A DNA stretch of 64,000 nt from the NCBI GenBank assembly GCA_963828255.1, contig CAWHDZ010000011.1, positions 1 to 64,000 of the forward strand. The letters are read 5' to 3'. Below, one piece after another: positions 18,120 through 28,745 of this stretch; position 1 is the stretch's first letter, and each line of letters opens with the position of its first letter. The notes beneath the pieces were generated by a model, which searched no databases, was not told where the DNA came from, and worked only from the letters and a program-made list of their open reading frames with translations. This stretch comes from an uncultured delta proteobacterium. GTDB lineage: Bacteria > Myxococcota > Myxococcia > Myxococcales > Anaeromyxobacteraceae. The position numbers and the translations under genes are program-made.

Positions 18120-19057
18120 GGCTCCCCTTCCTTGCCGCCCTCTGCGGCCGGCTGCTCGGGGTCGAGGACCGACTTGACCGAGCGCGAGCTCACGTCGGCG
18201 CGGTCGATGGCCCGCTCCAGCTCCTCGAGGGCCTGGTCCCCCTCCTCGCGCCCCTTCTCGAGTGCCGCGCGAAGGTTCGGGTCGGCCAGCTCGGCCACCA
18301 GTCCCTGGAGGCTGGGCGCCTCGGCGGGCGCCTCCTTCTCGACAATCTCCCGGTGCTCCTCGGAGAGCTCGTGGAACTCGCGCAGCGTGGGCAGGGAAGC
18401 CAGATCCTTGAGGGCGAAGAACTCCAGGAACTCGCGGGTCGTCCCGTAGAGGATGGGGCGGCCCGGCTCCTCCTTCTTCCCGAGGATCTTGAGCAGGCGA
18501 CGCTCGAGCAGCGCCTTCATGACCGCGCCCGAGTCCACTCCCCGGATCTCCTCGACCTCGGGACGGGTGACCGGCTGCCGGTAGGCCACGATGGCGAGGG
18601 TCTCGAGCGCGGCGCGGGTGAGGCGCTGCGGCTTCACCCGGAGGAAACGGCGGGCGAAGTCGGAGGTGTCGGGCGAGGTGCGGAGCTGCCACCCTCCGGC
18701 CACCTCGTGGAGCACGATCCCGGAGACTCCCTCGCGGAAGGTCCCGGAGATCTCGTCGAGGGCCTTGCGCACGCGGGCCGGGTCGAGCCCGGTCGCCGCC
18801 CGGACCTCCTCCACGGTGAGGGGCTTCTCGGAGAGGAAGAGGAGGGCCTCGACCACGGCGCGGGCCCGTTCCGGGGAGAGCTTGCGCGCCTGCGCGGCGA
18901 GCTTCTCGAACGGCTCCTCCGGCTCGGCGCCGCCCTCCGGGACCTCGATGGCGGCCGGCTCCAGCTCGTCGAGGGAGGGATCGGCCTTGGCCTCCTCGGC
19001 GGCCTGCAGGGCCTGCAGTTCCTCGGTGCTGGGGCCGGGCCCCTGGTTCTCGCTCAT
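18116..19057 (-). CDS. scpB: SMC-Scp complex subunit ScpB
   Basis: VEALLFLS, AALETLAIVAYRQPVTR, IRGVDS, GRPILYGTT. Confidence 0.95.
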   Translation of the reverse strand: MSENQGPGPSTEELQALQAAEEAKADPSLDELEPAAIEVPEGGAEPEEPFEKLAAQARKLSPERARAVVEALLFLSEKPLTVEEVRAATGLDPARVRKALDEISGTFREGVSGIVLHEVAGGWQLRTSPDTSDFARRFLRVKPQRLTRAALETLAIVAYRQPVTRPEVEEIRGVDSGAVMKALLERRLLKILGKKEEPGRPILYGTTREFLEFFALKDLASLPTLREFHELSEEHREIVEKEAPAEAPSLQGLVAELADPNLRAALEKGREEGDQALEELERAIDRADVSSRSVKSVLDPEQPAAEGGKEGEP

Positions 19058-19923
19058 CGGTACTCCTCCAGCCCTTCCGTTCCCGGGATGCCGTCGCCCA
19101 GGGTCTCGCGCGCCTCGACCAGGATCTCCCCGCCTGCCCCGTCCGCGCCCGGCGGCGCCTGGACCACGCGCAGGAGCCGGAGCTTGGCCATCTCCAGGAT
19201 CGCCAGGAAGGCGGAGATCAGGGCGGACCGGCCGCTCCCGCCCGCCGCCAGCAGCAGCTCGACGAAGGAGACCCGGCGCCGCAGGCGGAGGACCTCGGCC
19301 ACCCGGCTGATGGCGTCGGTGATGGAGAGCCGGTCGGCCTCCACCTCGATGCGTGACTCGGGCTTCAAGTTGGCGAGCGCCTTGTCGAGGGCCTCGATGA
19401 GCTGGAAGACCGAGACCTCCGCCAGGCCGTCCGGGCCGTCGGGTTGCGGCAACCGCGCCGCCCGTGCACGGCGGGTGAACACGTTCCGGTCCAGGATGTC
19501 GTGGCGCCCCAGCTCCTCCGCGGCGGCCCGGTACTTCTGGTACTCGAGCAGGCGGCGCACCAGCTCGGCGCGCGGATCGCCCCGCTCCTCGGCGGGGCCG
19601 CCGTCCTCGGCCACCTCGGTCCGCGGCAGGAGGAGCTTCGACTTCACCAGCATGAGCTGGGCCGCCATCTGGAGGAAGTCGCCGGCGACGTCGATGTCCA
19701 TCTCCTGCATGGTCTTCAGCGCGGCCAGGTAGGCCTCGGTGATCCGGGCGATGGGGATGTCGAAGACGTCGACCTGGTGCTCCTGCACCAGGTGGAGCAG
19801 CAGGTCGAGCGGCCCCTCGAAGGGAGGCTCGCCCGGGCGCGCCGGCGGCAAGGTGAACCGGAACGCCTGGGGCGCCGGCCCGTCGCCCGCGGAGGGGCCC
19901 GGGATGGCCGGATCGACGTTCAC
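19054..19923 (-). CDS. scpA: Segregation and condensation protein ScpA
   Basis: FEGPLDLLLHL, DIPIARITEAY, KSKLLLP, FLAILEM. Confidence 0.95.
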   Translation of the reverse strand: MNVDPAIPGPSAGDGPAPQAFRFTLPPARPGEPPFEGPLDLLLHLVQEHQVDVFDIPIARITEAYLAALKTMQEMDIDVAGDFLQMAAQLMLVKSKLLLPRTEVAEDGGPAEERGDPRAELVRRLLEYQKYRAAAEELGRHDILDRNVFTRRARAARLPQPDGPDGLAEVSVFQLIEALDKALANLKPESRIEVEADRLSITDAISRVAEVLRLRRRVSFVELLLAAGGSGRSALISAFLAILEMAKLRLLRVVQAPPGADGAGGEILVEARETLGDGIPGTEGLEEYR

Positions 19924-20927
19924 CTGGAGTTCTGGTCCAGGTGCATCGCGGTGCGGACGTGCTCCATGGTGCGGGCCGCCTCGGCGCGGGCCCGGGCGGT
20001 CCCGTCGCGCACCACGTCCCGCACGTAGTCGGGCCGGGCGAGCAGCTTCTCGCGCGCCTCGCGGAGCCGCTCCTGGTCGGGGACGAGACGCTCGAGCAGC
20101 TTCTTCTTGCAGTCCACGCAGCCGATCCCGGCGGTGCGGCAGTTCTCGTCCACCCAGCCGATGGTCTCGGGGGTGCTGTAGATGCGGTGCAGGTAGAAGA
20201 CGCCGCACACCTCCGGGTTCCCGGGGTCCTTGCGCAGCTTGCGGGCCGGGTCGGTCACCGCCCCCATGATCTTCTTGGTGGTGGTCTCGGCCCCCTCACC
20301 CAGCTCGATGGCGTTCCCGTAGCTCTTCGACATCTTGCGCCCGTCGATGCCGACCACCTTGGCGGCCTCGGTGAGGAGCGGCTTGGGCTCGGGGAAGACC
20401 TCGCCGTAGTGGAAGTTGAACTTTCGGGCGATCTCCCGGGTCAGCTCGAGGTGCGTGACCTGGTCGGCGCCCACCGGGACCATGGTGGCCTTGTAGAGGA
20501 TGATGTCGGCGGCCATGAGGACCGGGTAGCCCAGGAAGCCGTAGAGCGACAGGTCGCGGTCGGTGATCTGCTCGCGCATCTCCTTGTAGGACGGGGAGCG
20601 CTCCAGCCAGCCGATGGGGGTGATCATGCCGAGGAGCAGGAAGAGTTCGGCGTGCTCCTTCACCTGGCTCTGGACGAAGAGGACCGTCCTGGCCGGATCG
20701 ATCCCGGCGGCCAGGAAGTCGACGAACATCTCGAACTCGGCCAGCTTCAGCTTGTCGGTCTCGTGGTAGCTCGTGGTCAGCGCGTGCCAGTCGGCGCTGA
20801 AGAAGTGGGCCCGGGTGGTCTCCTGGAGCTTGACCCAGTTGGCGATGGCGCCGTGCAGGTGGCCGATGTGCAGCCGGCCGGTGGGGCGCATGCCGGAGAC
20901 GACGATGGGGAGCGTGGGGTCGGTCAT
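19920..20927 (-). CDS. trpS: Tryptophan--tRNA ligase
   Basis: SGMRPTGRLHIGH, YPVLMAADI, KMSKS. Confidence 0.97.
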   Translation of the reverse strand: MTDPTLPIVVSGMRPTGRLHIGHLHGAIANWVKLQETTRAHFFSADWHALTTSYHETDKLKLAEFEMFVDFLAAGIDPARTVLFVQSQVKEHAELFLLLGMITPIGWLERSPSYKEMREQITDRDLSLYGFLGYPVLMAADIILYKATMVPVGADQVTHLELTREIARKFNFHYGEVFPEPKPLLTEAAKVVGIDGRKMSKSYGNAIELGEGAETTTKKIMGAVTDPARKLRKDPGNPEVCGVFYLHRIYSTPETIGWVDENCRTAGIGCVDCKKKLLERLVPDQERLREAREKLLARPDYVRDVVRDGTARARAEAARTMEHVRTAMHLDQNSR

Positions 20928-20948
20928 GGGGAAGCGGCTCGAGGGCGG

Positions 20949-21602
20949 CTAGACGAGGGCCCGGAAGATGGAGTTCAGCATGGCGCCGAATGGGCGCATC
21001 ACGAGGCCGAGCAGGGGTCGCCCCACGAACACCAGGGCCAGCAGGATGAAGAACCCGTAGCGAGAGAAGGCCTCCCACTGCGGACGCAGGCGGGCGGGGA
21101 TGAACGCCTCCACGACCCGGCTGCCGTCGAGCGGGGGAATGGGGAGCAGGTTGAAGACCGCCAGGCCGATGTTCATCCCGATGGTGGTCTGGAACAGCGG
21201 CAGGAGGAACGCCTGTCCCTCGAAGGCGCCCGGCGAGAAGCGCACGGTCAGGGCGAAGGCCACGGTGGTGGCCACGGCGAGCGCCATGTTGGCAAGTGGT
21301 CCGGCCAGCGCGGTCCACATCATTCCCCTGCCCATGTTGATGCCCCGCCGGAACCGGGCCGGGTTCACCGGGACCGGCTTGGCCCAGCCGAAGGGCACTC
21401 CCATGATGGGAAGGAGGACGCTCCCGACCGGGTCGGCGTGGACGAGGGGGTTCAGCGTGTACCGTCCGGCCCGCTCGGCGGTGTCGTCCCCCAGTCGCCG
21501 CGCGCTCCAGGCGTGGGCGAACTCGTGGATGGTCAGGGAGAGCAGCAGGATCGGGAAGACGACCAGCGCGTTCTGGACGATCTGGTCGAGCGAGGGAAAC
21601 AA
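20949..21602 (-). CDS. Site-2 protease (peptidase M50)
   Basis: HEFAH, TLNPL, FGWAKPVPV, NLLPIPPLDG. TTG start after GGAG. Confidence 0.92.
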   Translation of the reverse strand: MFPSLDQIVQNALVVFPILLLSLTIHEFAHAWSARRLGDDTAERAGRYTLNPLVHADPVGSVLLPIMGVPFGWAKPVPVNPARFRRGINMGRGMMWTALAGPLANMALAVATTVAFALTVRFSPGAFEGQAFLLPLFQTTIGMNIGLAVFNLLPIPPLDGSRVVEAFIPARLRPQWEAFSRYGFFILLALVFVGRPLLGLVMRPFGAMLNSIFRALV

Positions 21603-21679
21603 TGGATATCTCCAGGGGAAAGGACGGTTGAGTAGCACCGGGAGGTCGGCCGGTCAACGAGACCGGCCGACCTCCGCTT

Positions 21680-22609
21680 TCAGGCCCGCGGGTGGTGCCG
21701 GGAGTGCAGCCGGCGGGCCTGGGTCCGGTCCACGTGGGTGTAGATCTCGGTGGTCGAGACGTCGGCGTGGCCGAGCATGGCCTGGACCGCGCGCAGGTCG
21801 GCGCCCCCCTCGAGCAGGTGGGTGGCGAAGCTGTGCCGGAGCTTGTGCGGGGAGACGCGGCGGGTGATCCCGGCGGCGCGGGCGTAGCGGCCGAGCAGCT
21901 TCCAGAACCCCTGGCGGGTCATCCGGCGCCCGAGCGGCGTGACGAAGAGGTCGCGGCTGCGGCGCAGGCGCAGCACCCGCTCCCGGGGACCGGCGAGCCA
22001 GGCGCGCAGGGCGTCGGCGGCGGGGGCGCCCACCGGGACGAGCCGCTCCTTGTTCCCCTTCCCCCGGGCCAGCAGGACCCGGGACTCGAGGTCCACCTGA
22101 TTCACCTCGAGCGTGACGAGCTCGGAGACCCGCAGGCCGGTGGCGTAGAGCAGCTCGAGCATGGCCCGGTCGCGGATCCCGGCCGGTCCGCGCGCCTGGC
22201 GCGGCGCGGCCAGCAGCCGGTCCACCTCGTCGCGGGAGAGAAGCTGGGGGAGCTTGCGTGTGCGGCGGGGGGCGTCCACCTCGTCGGTGGGATTGGCCCG
22301 GGCCACCCGCTCGGAGAGGAGCAGGCGGTGCAGGCCGCGGATGGCCGAGAGCGCCCGGGCCTGGCTGCGCGGGGCGATGCCTTCCCTGGCCAGCGCGCCC
22401 AGGTGCGCCTGGACGTCCTGGCGGGAGACCTCGTCCCAGGATCTCCGCCCCGTCGCCGACAGGAAATCCATGTACCGGCGCACGTCCCGGCCGTAGGACT
22501 CGACCGAGTTCCTGGCCAGACCCTTCTCGACGCGCAGGTGGGCGAGGAAGAGGTCGAGCGCCGGGGTGAGCGGTCCCCCCTCGGCGCCCGGGGGCTCGCG
22601 GCGGGCCAT
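21680..22609 (-). CDS. xerD: Site-specific tyrosine recombinase XerD
   Basis: [61 protein letters not shown]. Confidence 0.95.
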   Translation of the reverse strand: MARREPPGAEGGPLTPALDLFLAHLRVEKGLARNSVESYGRDVRRYMDFLSATGRRSWDEVSRQDVQAHLGALAREGIAPRSQARALSAIRGLHRLLLSERVARANPTDEVDAPRRTRKLPQLLSRDEVDRLLAAPRQARGPAGIRDRAMLELLYATGLRVSELVTLEVNQVDLESRVLLARGKGNKERLVPVGAPAADALRAWLAGPRERVLRLRRSRDLFVTPLGRRMTRQGFWKLLGRYARAAGITRRVSPHKLRHSFATHLLEGGADLRAVQAMLGHADVSTTEIYTHVDRTQARRLHSRHHPRA

Positions 22610-23223
22610 CAGAGGTCCGAGGCGTCGCCCTTGCCGGCGCGCACCACCACCGGCACGGGGCCGGTGAGGTTCACGACGGTGGACGGCTCGTTGGGACGGT
22701 AGCCGCCGTCGAGTACGAGCTCGAGCCCGTGCCCGAGGCGGTCGCGGACGTCCCGGGCGTCGATGAGCACCTCGCCGTCGGGGGTGGCAGCGGAGGTGGA
22801 GACGACCGGGTGGGCGAGCTTCCTGACGATCTCGAGCGCGACCGGGCTGGCCGGGAGGCGGACGCCGACGGTCTTCTGCCGGCGCAGGGCCAGGTCGGGG
22901 ACGAGCCGCGTGGCCGGCAGGATGAAGGTGAAGGGGCCCGGCGTCTTGCGGCGCAGGACCCGGAAGGAGGCGTTGTCGAGCATGGCGTAGCGCGCCACCT
23001 CGGCCAGGTCGGAGCAGATGAAGGAGAGCTCGTGGGCGTGGGGCAGCGCCTTGAGCTGGTAGATGCGCTCGATGGCCCGCTTGTCGAAGAGGTCGCAGGC
23101 GATGGCGTAATAGGTGTCGGTGGGGAACGCGACGAGGCCGCCGGAGGCGAGCACGCTCACCGCCTTCTCCACCACCCGCGGCTGCGGGTGCTCCGCGTCG
23201 ATGCTCCAGATGGTCGCCGTCAT
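22609..23223 (-). CDS. YciO/Sua5/YrdC family protein (threonylcarbamoyl-AMP synthase fold)
   Basis: [35 protein letters not shown]. Confidence 0.9.
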   Translation of the reverse strand: MTATIWSIDAEHPQPRVVEKAVSVLASGGLVAFPTDTYYAIACDLFDKRAIERIYQLKALPHAHELSFICSDLAEVARYAMLDNASFRVLRRKTPGPFTFILPATRLVPDLALRRQKTVGVRLPASPVALEIVRKLAHPVVSTSAATPDGEVLIDARDVRDRLGHGLELVLDGGYRPNEPSTVVNLTGPVPVVVRAGKGDASDL

Positions 23224-23265
23224 CGGAAGGGCCCTGGCCGGAGGTTACCAGGGAGGGCGCGCCGG

Positions 23266-26025
23266 TCAATTGCGCGTCAGGGCCTGGGTGACCGCGTCGG
23301 CGATCCGCTTCGCCTCGGCCCCCTCGACGCGGCGCCCGTCCCGGTTGCGAACGTAGAAAGCGTCGGCGGCCCGGTGCCCCTCGGTGGTGATGCGGGCCAG
23401 ATCCACGGTGAGTCCCAGGTCGAAGAAGGTGCGCGACAGCGTGTGCAGGAGCCCAACCCGGTCGGCGGTGAAGACGTCCACGACGCTGTGGTGACGGGAG
23501 CTGTCGTTGTCGATGACCACCTTGGTGGCGACCCGCGGCAGCGGCCGGGCCGGGAGCGGCGAGGCCTTGAGCCGCCGGGTCATGAGCTCCTCGAGGTCCA
23601 CCTTGTCGACCAGGACGCCCTGGAGATCGGCCCGGGCGGCGCGCCAGCGGACCGGGTCGATGGCGCCCCCCTCCGGGCCGCGCAACTCGAAGAGGTCGAG
23701 GGCCTGCCCGGCGATCCATCCCAGCGCCGGGTCCACCGGCGTGGAGAAGACCTCGGCGTGCTGGATGTCGATGCGGTGGGCGGCCAGCACCCCGGCCACG
23801 AGCGCGAGCAGTCCGGCCCGATCGGCGGCGGTGAGTGCCAGTTCTGAATGGCCCAGCGACGGACGGTGGCGGACCACCGCGGCCAGCGGTCTCTGGCGCC
23901 CCATCGCGAGGAGGCGCAGGTGGCGCGGCGCCTGCGCCGGAAGCTCGGTCAGGAAGTAACGGGCCGGCATGGCGGCGACGAAGCGCTCACGCTCCTCCGC
24001 GGACACCCCGCGCGCCGCGAGCGCGGAGGCGACGGCGGCCCGGCCGCTGGCCTCGTGCGTTCCCGGGATGGGTCGCCCAGCCCGCTCCCCGCCCGCTGCG
24101 AGCAGGCTCCGGGTCTTCTCGTAGAGCTCGCGCAGCAGCCTCCCCTTCCAGTCGGTCCAGGTCTTCGGGCCCACCGTGGCGATGTCCGCGTAGGTCAGGA
24201 GATAGAGCTTGTCGAGCCGGTCGGCAGTCCCCACCTCCTCGGCGAAGGAGTGGATGAGGTCGGGGTCGGAGAGGTCGCGCCGCTGCGCGATGTTGGCCAT
24301 GCGGAGGTGCTTCGCCACCAGCCACTCGACGTCGGCCGCCTCGTCCGGGTCGATGCCCATCCGGACGCAGGCAGCGGCGGCGATCTCCGCGCCGCGCGTC
24401 GAGTGGTCCTTCCCCGACCCCTTTCCGATGTCGTGGAAGAGCGTGCCCAGGTAGAGGCCGAGCGGGTGGGTGAGCCCCTGCATCAGGCCGGTGAGCCCCT
24501 CGATCTGCAGGTCGCCATTGCGGAGCGCGAGCAGTCTCCGCACCGCGAACAGGCTGTGAACGTCCACGGTGTACACGTGGTAGAGGTCGATCTGGCGCCG
24601 CGCCGTGACCCGGGCGAACTCCGGGATCACCCGCTCCAGCACCCCGACCTCGTGCATGACCTGGAGGAAGCGGCCGCGCGTCCCGGGCCGGGTGAAGAGA
24701 GCGAGCAGTTCCTGGTTCAGCTCCGGGTCCGCGGCCGCCTCGGCGGGGAACTCGGAGGCCGCCTGGGCGGCCAGGTCGCGCGCGAAGGGGTAGAGGTCGA
24801 GCCCCTCCCGGTCGGCGACGGCGAAGAGACGGACCAGCGCGGCCGGGGATCGGCGCAGGACGTCCCGGTCGGCCACGGTGAGCCTGCCCCGGAACACCTT
24901 GAACTCACCGCCCGGGACGGGGCGCGCGTCCGGGGCCAGGCTGCTGGTCTCGGCGCCCTTGCGGGAGGCCAGCGCGTCGGCGCGGCGCCAGGGCTTGGCC
25001 CGGGAGGGCTCGAGGCAGCGGTCCACCAGCGCGTCGCTGGCCACGAGGATGGTCTTCGCAGCCAGGTAGTAGTGGCGCATGAAGTCCTCGACCGCCGCGT
25101 CACCCTCCCCGTAGCCCATGAAGGCGGCGAGCTGCGGCTGCAGGTCGAAGGTGATCTGGTCGGTCTTGCGACCGGTCAGGTAGTGGAGGTGGTTGCGGAT
25201 CCGCCAGACGAAGTCTCGGGCGCGGCGCAGCTCCCGCACCTCCTGCTCGGGGAGGAGCGCCCGGGAGAGGAGGTCGGTGATGCCGGCCACCTTGAAGCGG
25301 GCACGGGCCGCCCACAGCCCCATCTGGAGATCGCGGAGGCCGCCCTCCGACTGCTTGAGGTTGGGCTCGAGGAGGTAGATCGAGTCGCCGAACTTCTCGC
25401 GCCGCTCCCGCGCCTCCCGGGTCTTGTCGGCGATGAAGGCGTCCACCTTGGCCTGGGAGAGACCGTGGAGCTGGTCGCGCTCCAGCTCCTGGAAGAGCGC
25501 CCGGTCGCCGTGGAGCTGGCGCAGGTCGAGGAGCGCCGTGCGCGCGGTGTGATCGGAGGCGGCCAGCTCGTCGCAGGCGTGGATGTCGCGGATTCCGTAC
25601 CCGACCTCGAGCCGCAGGTCCCACAGCGCGTAGAGGAACTTCTCGCTGGCCTCCTTCACGTACGGTCCGGGCTCCCGCTTCTCGTGGAGGACCAGGAGGT
25701 CCAGGTCGCTGTAGGGGGCGAGCTCGCGTCGGCCGTATCCCCCCAGCGCCACGAGGGCCACGGGCGTGGGGGGCCGGCTGGCCGCCGCCGAGGCGAGGGA
25801 GCGCTCCCAGATGGCGGCGACGATCCGGTCCATCGCCGCGCTGAGCAGGCGGACCACGGTCCGGCCGCTCCCGCCGGCCAGGTGGACCGCCTCGACGTAG
25901 CCCCGCAGGGCGTTGAAGTCGGCCCGGACGTCGCCGGTGAGCGGCGGCATCGCCTCGAGGCGCGACTCGAACTCGTAGGGGGCGGCCCTGGGAAGCTTGG
26001 CGAAGGATGCGTCCTGGACCAGCAT
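23266..26025 (-). CDS. glnD: [Protein-PII] uridylyltransferase
   Basis: ALGGYGRRELAPYSDLDL, LEPNLKQSEGGLRD, YHVYTVDVH, HDIGKG, two C-terminal ACT domains. Confidence 0.96.
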   Translation of the reverse strand: MLVQDASFAKLPRAAPYEFESRLEAMPPLTGDVRADFNALRGYVEAVHLAGGSGRTVVRLLSAAMDRIVAAIWERSLASAAASRPPTPVALVALGGYGRRELAPYSDLDLLVLHEKREPGPYVKEASEKFLYALWDLRLEVGYGIRDIHACDELAASDHTARTALLDLRQLHGDRALFQELERDQLHGLSQAKVDAFIADKTREARERREKFGDSIYLLEPNLKQSEGGLRDLQMGLWAARARFKVAGITDLLSRALLPEQEVRELRRARDFVWRIRNHLHYLTGRKTDQITFDLQPQLAAFMGYGEGDAAVEDFMRHYYLAAKTILVASDALVDRCLEPSRAKPWRRADALASRKGAETSSLAPDARPVPGGEFKVFRGRLTVADRDVLRRSPAALVRLFAVADREGLDLYPFARDLAAQAASEFPAEAAADPELNQELLALFTRPGTRGRFLQVMHEVGVLERVIPEFARVTARRQIDLYHVYTVDVHSLFAVRRLLALRNGDLQIEGLTGLMQGLTHPLGLYLGTLFHDIGKGSGKDHSTRGAEIAAAACVRMGIDPDEAADVEWLVAKHLRMANIAQRRDLSDPDLIHSFAEEVGTADRLDKLYLLTYADIATVGPKTWTDWKGRLLRELYEKTRSLLAAGGERAGRPIPGTHEASGRAAVASALAARGVSAEERERFVAAMPARYFLTELPAQAPRHLRLLAMGRQRPLAAVVRHRPSLGHSELALTAADRAGLLALVAGVLAAHRIDIQHAEVFSTPVDPALGWIAGQALDLFELRGPEGGAIDPVRWRAARADLQGVLVDKVDLEELMTRRLKASPLPARPLPRVATKVVIDNDSSRHHSVVDVFTADRVGLLHTLSRTFFDLGLTVDLARITTEGHRAADAFYVRNRDGRRVEGAEAKRIADAVTQALTRN

Positions 26026-26048
26026 GGGGGGTTGCTATAGCTCGCCCG

Positions 26049-27845
26049 TCAGCGGGCCGCCACGTGGCTCCTTCCGGCGAAGTCCACGATGGCCCGGGCC
26101 ACTCCGTCGGCCACCAGCTGCTGGTAGGCGGGGCTGGCGAGCCGCTGCTCCTCGGCGCGGTTGGAGATGAAGGCGGTCTCGACCAGGACGGCCGGCATCC
26201 GGGCCCCGAGCAGGACGTAGAAGAGCGCGCTCTTCACCCCGCGGTCGCGCACCGGCCCCTGGGCCTGCCGGGTGCGGGCCGTGATCTCCTTCTGCACCTG
26301 CCGGGCCAGGGTCCTCGACGCGCCCGCGCTCGAAGTCGAGTTCAGGTCGGTGAGGATCCGCGTGACGTCGCCGGGGGACTCCTCCAGGTCCATCGTCCCG
26401 TTCTCGCGCGCGGCCAGCCGGCGGGCGTACCGGTCGTCGGTGACGTTCAGGAAGTAGGTCTCCACCCCGCTCCGGTCCCGGCGGGGGTTGGCGTTGGTGT
26501 GGAGCGACACGAAGAGGTCGCCGCGGGCCAGGTTGGCGATGGCGGTGCGCTCCTCGAGCTTGAGGTAGCGGTCGTCGGTCCGGGTGAGCGTGACCTCGAA
26601 CCCGCTGGCGCGGAGCCGTGCGGCGAGCTTCTTCGCCATGGCCAGGGTCACGTCCTTCTCGCGCACGCCGCGGGGCCCGATGGCGCCCGTGTCGTGCCCG
26701 CCGTGGCCGGCGTCCACGATGATCCGGCGGATGGGCCTGTCGGCCGCCTCGGAATCCTCGTCCTCCCCGGGCGGGCGCGGCAACGCCCTGGCGACGGCCT
26801 CCTTCCGGGCCTCCTCCACGCCCAGGTCCACGATGAGCCGGGGGGGGTCACCCAGCGTGAAGACCTGGTAGGCGTCCTTCCCCTTCAGGTCGAGGACCAC
26901 ACGGACGGTGTCGGGGCCGTGCTGGGCGGTGCGGACGCGGTGCAGGAGCGTGTCGGCCACGGTGCGATCCCGGCCCGGTCCGTCGAGCACCGCGGGGCGC
27001 AGGTCGAGCGCGAGCCGCCTGGGTTGATTGGCGGTGGCCGGCAGTTCCTGTTTCTCGAAGGCGACCGGCTGGGACAGGTAGACCGCGACGCGGGTGTAGT
27101 CGGGGCTGGTCCAGGAGTTGATCTCGGTGACGTGCGCCGGGGCCCCGGTGGGGCGCTCGGGCCCCTTCTCCGCCGCCGGCACCGCCTGGGCGTCCGCCAC
27201 GGCATCCTCGAGCACCGGGTCGGTCGATTCCTCCTCCTCGGCGGCCGGCGCCGGGAGGGGCATCGGGGAGGGCATCGGGGAGGGAAGCGGGGCGGCGGGC
27301 GGATCGGGCCGGCGGGCCGGAGGCGCGCCGGGCGACGGGGGGGCCTTCCGGGTCGCCTTGGCGACGGGCGACGGCTCGTCCCCGGCCTCGCGCCGGATCG
27401 CGGCGGCCAGCGACGCACCCTGCGACGCCCCGGCCTTCGAGGCGCGTGCGGCCAGCCGGAGGGCGGCCACGCGGTCCGACTCCACCGCCGAGAACCGGTA
27501 GAGCGCGTAGCGGGCGCGGGCGGCGTCGAGGAGCGCGGGGCCGGTGTCAGGGCCGCGCGCGGCCCGCTCCAGCGCCGAGATGGCCCTCTCCCAGTTGTGG
27601 CGGTACCGGCGGCTGGCGGGGCTCTTCTTCACCGCGGCAAGCTCGGCCCGGGCCTTCTGCAGCGCCGGGGAGGCCTGCCGGGGGGGCCCGGCCTCCCGCG
27701 GCCGGGAGGCGGCCTGCGCCTGGCGGGTGGTGCGGCCGGACGCCCTGGAGGTGCTCTTCCCGGCCGCGTCCACGGGCAGGAGGAGCGCGAACGCCAGGGC
27801 GAGGGCGGTGGAGGTGACCCGTTTCCTGTGGCCGGATGGGGGCAT
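26049..27845 (-). CDS. N-acetylmuramoyl-L-alanine amidase with AMIN domain
   Basis: IIVDAGHGGHDTGA, EKDVTL, FVSLHTN, AVLVETAFISN. Signal peptide and Pro-rich linker. Confidence 0.93.
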   Translation of the reverse strand: MPPSGHRKRVTSTALALAFALLLPVDAAGKSTSRASGRTTRQAQAASRPREAGPPRQASPALQKARAELAAVKKSPASRRYRHNWERAISALERAARGPDTGPALLDAARARYALYRFSAVESDRVAALRLAARASKAGASQGASLAAAIRREAGDEPSPVAKATRKAPPSPGAPPARRPDPPAAPLPSPMPSPMPLPAPAAEEEESTDPVLEDAVADAQAVPAAEKGPERPTGAPAHVTEINSWTSPDYTRVAVYLSQPVAFEKQELPATANQPRRLALDLRPAVLDGPGRDRTVADTLLHRVRTAQHGPDTVRVVLDLKGKDAYQVFTLGDPPRLIVDLGVEEARKEAVARALPRPPGEDEDSEAADRPIRRIIVDAGHGGHDTGAIGPRGVREKDVTLAMAKKLAARLRASGFEVTLTRTDDRYLKLEERTAIANLARGDLFVSLHTNANPRRDRSGVETYFLNVTDDRYARRLAARENGTMDLEESPGDVTRILTDLNSTSSAGASRTLARQVQKEITARTRQAQGPVRDRGVKSALFYVLLGARMPAVLVETAFISNRAEEQRLASPAYQQLVADGVARAIVDFAGRSHVAAR

Positions 27846-27925
27846 CGGACGAAACCACCCTACGCCCGGTGATATCGCGATCCAGTTTTCGGTATGATCC
27901 GGTCCCCAGCAAACGGAGGTTCGCC

Positions 27926-28591
27926 ATGGCCATGGAGAAGCGGGTCGGAGTCATCCTCGCGGGAAGCGGCTACCTCGACGGTTCGGAGATCCAGGAGGCG
28001 ACGCTCACCCTCCTCTTCCTCGACAAGCGCGGCGCGAAGGTCACGGCCATGGCGCCCGACGTCCGGCAGATGCACGTCGTCGACCACGTCAAGGGCGAGG
28101 CGGCCGGGAGCGAGACGCGCAACGTCCTCCACGAGGCGGCCCGCATCACCCGCGGCGCCATCGTGGACGTGAAGACGGTGAAGGCCGAGGACCTCGACGC
28201 CCTGATCATCCCGGGCGGCTACGGCGCCGCGAAGAACCTGTGCACCTTCGCGACCGAGGGGGTGAAGCTCCAGGTGAATCCCGACGTGGAGCGGCTGGTC
28301 CGGGACATGGCTGCGGCAGGGAAGCCGCTCGGCTTCGTCTGCATCGCCCCGGTGATCGCCGCCAAGGTGCTCGGCGCGAAGAAGGTCAAGCTCACCATCG
28401 GCAACGACCCGGCGACGGCGGCGGCGCTGAACGCGCTCGGAGCCGTCCACGTGGACACCCCGGTGGAGCAGATCGTGGTGGACGAGAAGAACCGGGTGGT
28501 CTCCACGCCCGCCTACATGCTGGGCCCCACCATCGCCCCCGTCGCGGCCGGCATCGAGCGGCTGGTGGGGGCGGTGCTCGAGATGGCCTGA
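27926..28591 (+). CDS. elbB: Glyoxalase ElbB (DJ-1/PfpI superfamily)
   Basis: GSGYLDGSEIQE, EAARITRG, PGGYGAAKNL, CIAP, STPAYM. GGAGG RBS. Confidence 0.93.
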   Translation: MAMEKRVGVILAGSGYLDGSEIQEATLTLLFLDKRGAKVTAMAPDVRQMHVVDHVKGEAAGSETRNVLHEAARITRGAIVDVKTVKAEDLDALIIPGGYGAAKNLCTFATEGVKLQVNPDVERLVRDMAAAGKPLGFVCIAPVIAAKVLGAKKVKLTIGNDPATAAALNALGAVHVDTPVEQIVVDEKNRVVSTPAYMLGPTIAPVAAGIERLVGAVLEMA

Positions 28592-28599
28592 TTCTCGCG

Positions 28600-28613
28600 T
28601 TGACGGCGGTCAA
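28600..28613. promoter_or_regulatory. Putative CRP/FNR-family binding site
   Basis: Perfect TTGAC-GGCG-GTCAA palindrome upstream of the cytochrome c7 gene. Confidence 0.55.
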
Positions 28614-28745
28614 TGCGCGATGGCCCTGGTGGGTCCATCCTGCCCCGACCGTGAATCTCGGCGGACGAGTTTCGTCCCTTGATCAACCAACGATTCCTTC
28701 CGGACCAACCCTCCGGCGGGAACGCCAACTAGAAGGGGGAGTTCC

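Noticed and set aside
21680..22609. Tyrosine recombinase as a possible prophage or island integrase
   Set aside because: It has XerD-specific motifs and a housekeeping context, with no att sites, phage genes or composition shift.
27258..27284. Short 12-bp tandem repeat GGGCATCGGGGA in the amidase gene
   Set aside because: It encodes the Pro-rich linker (PSPMPSPMP). Only two copies, so not a CRISPR array or contingency locus.
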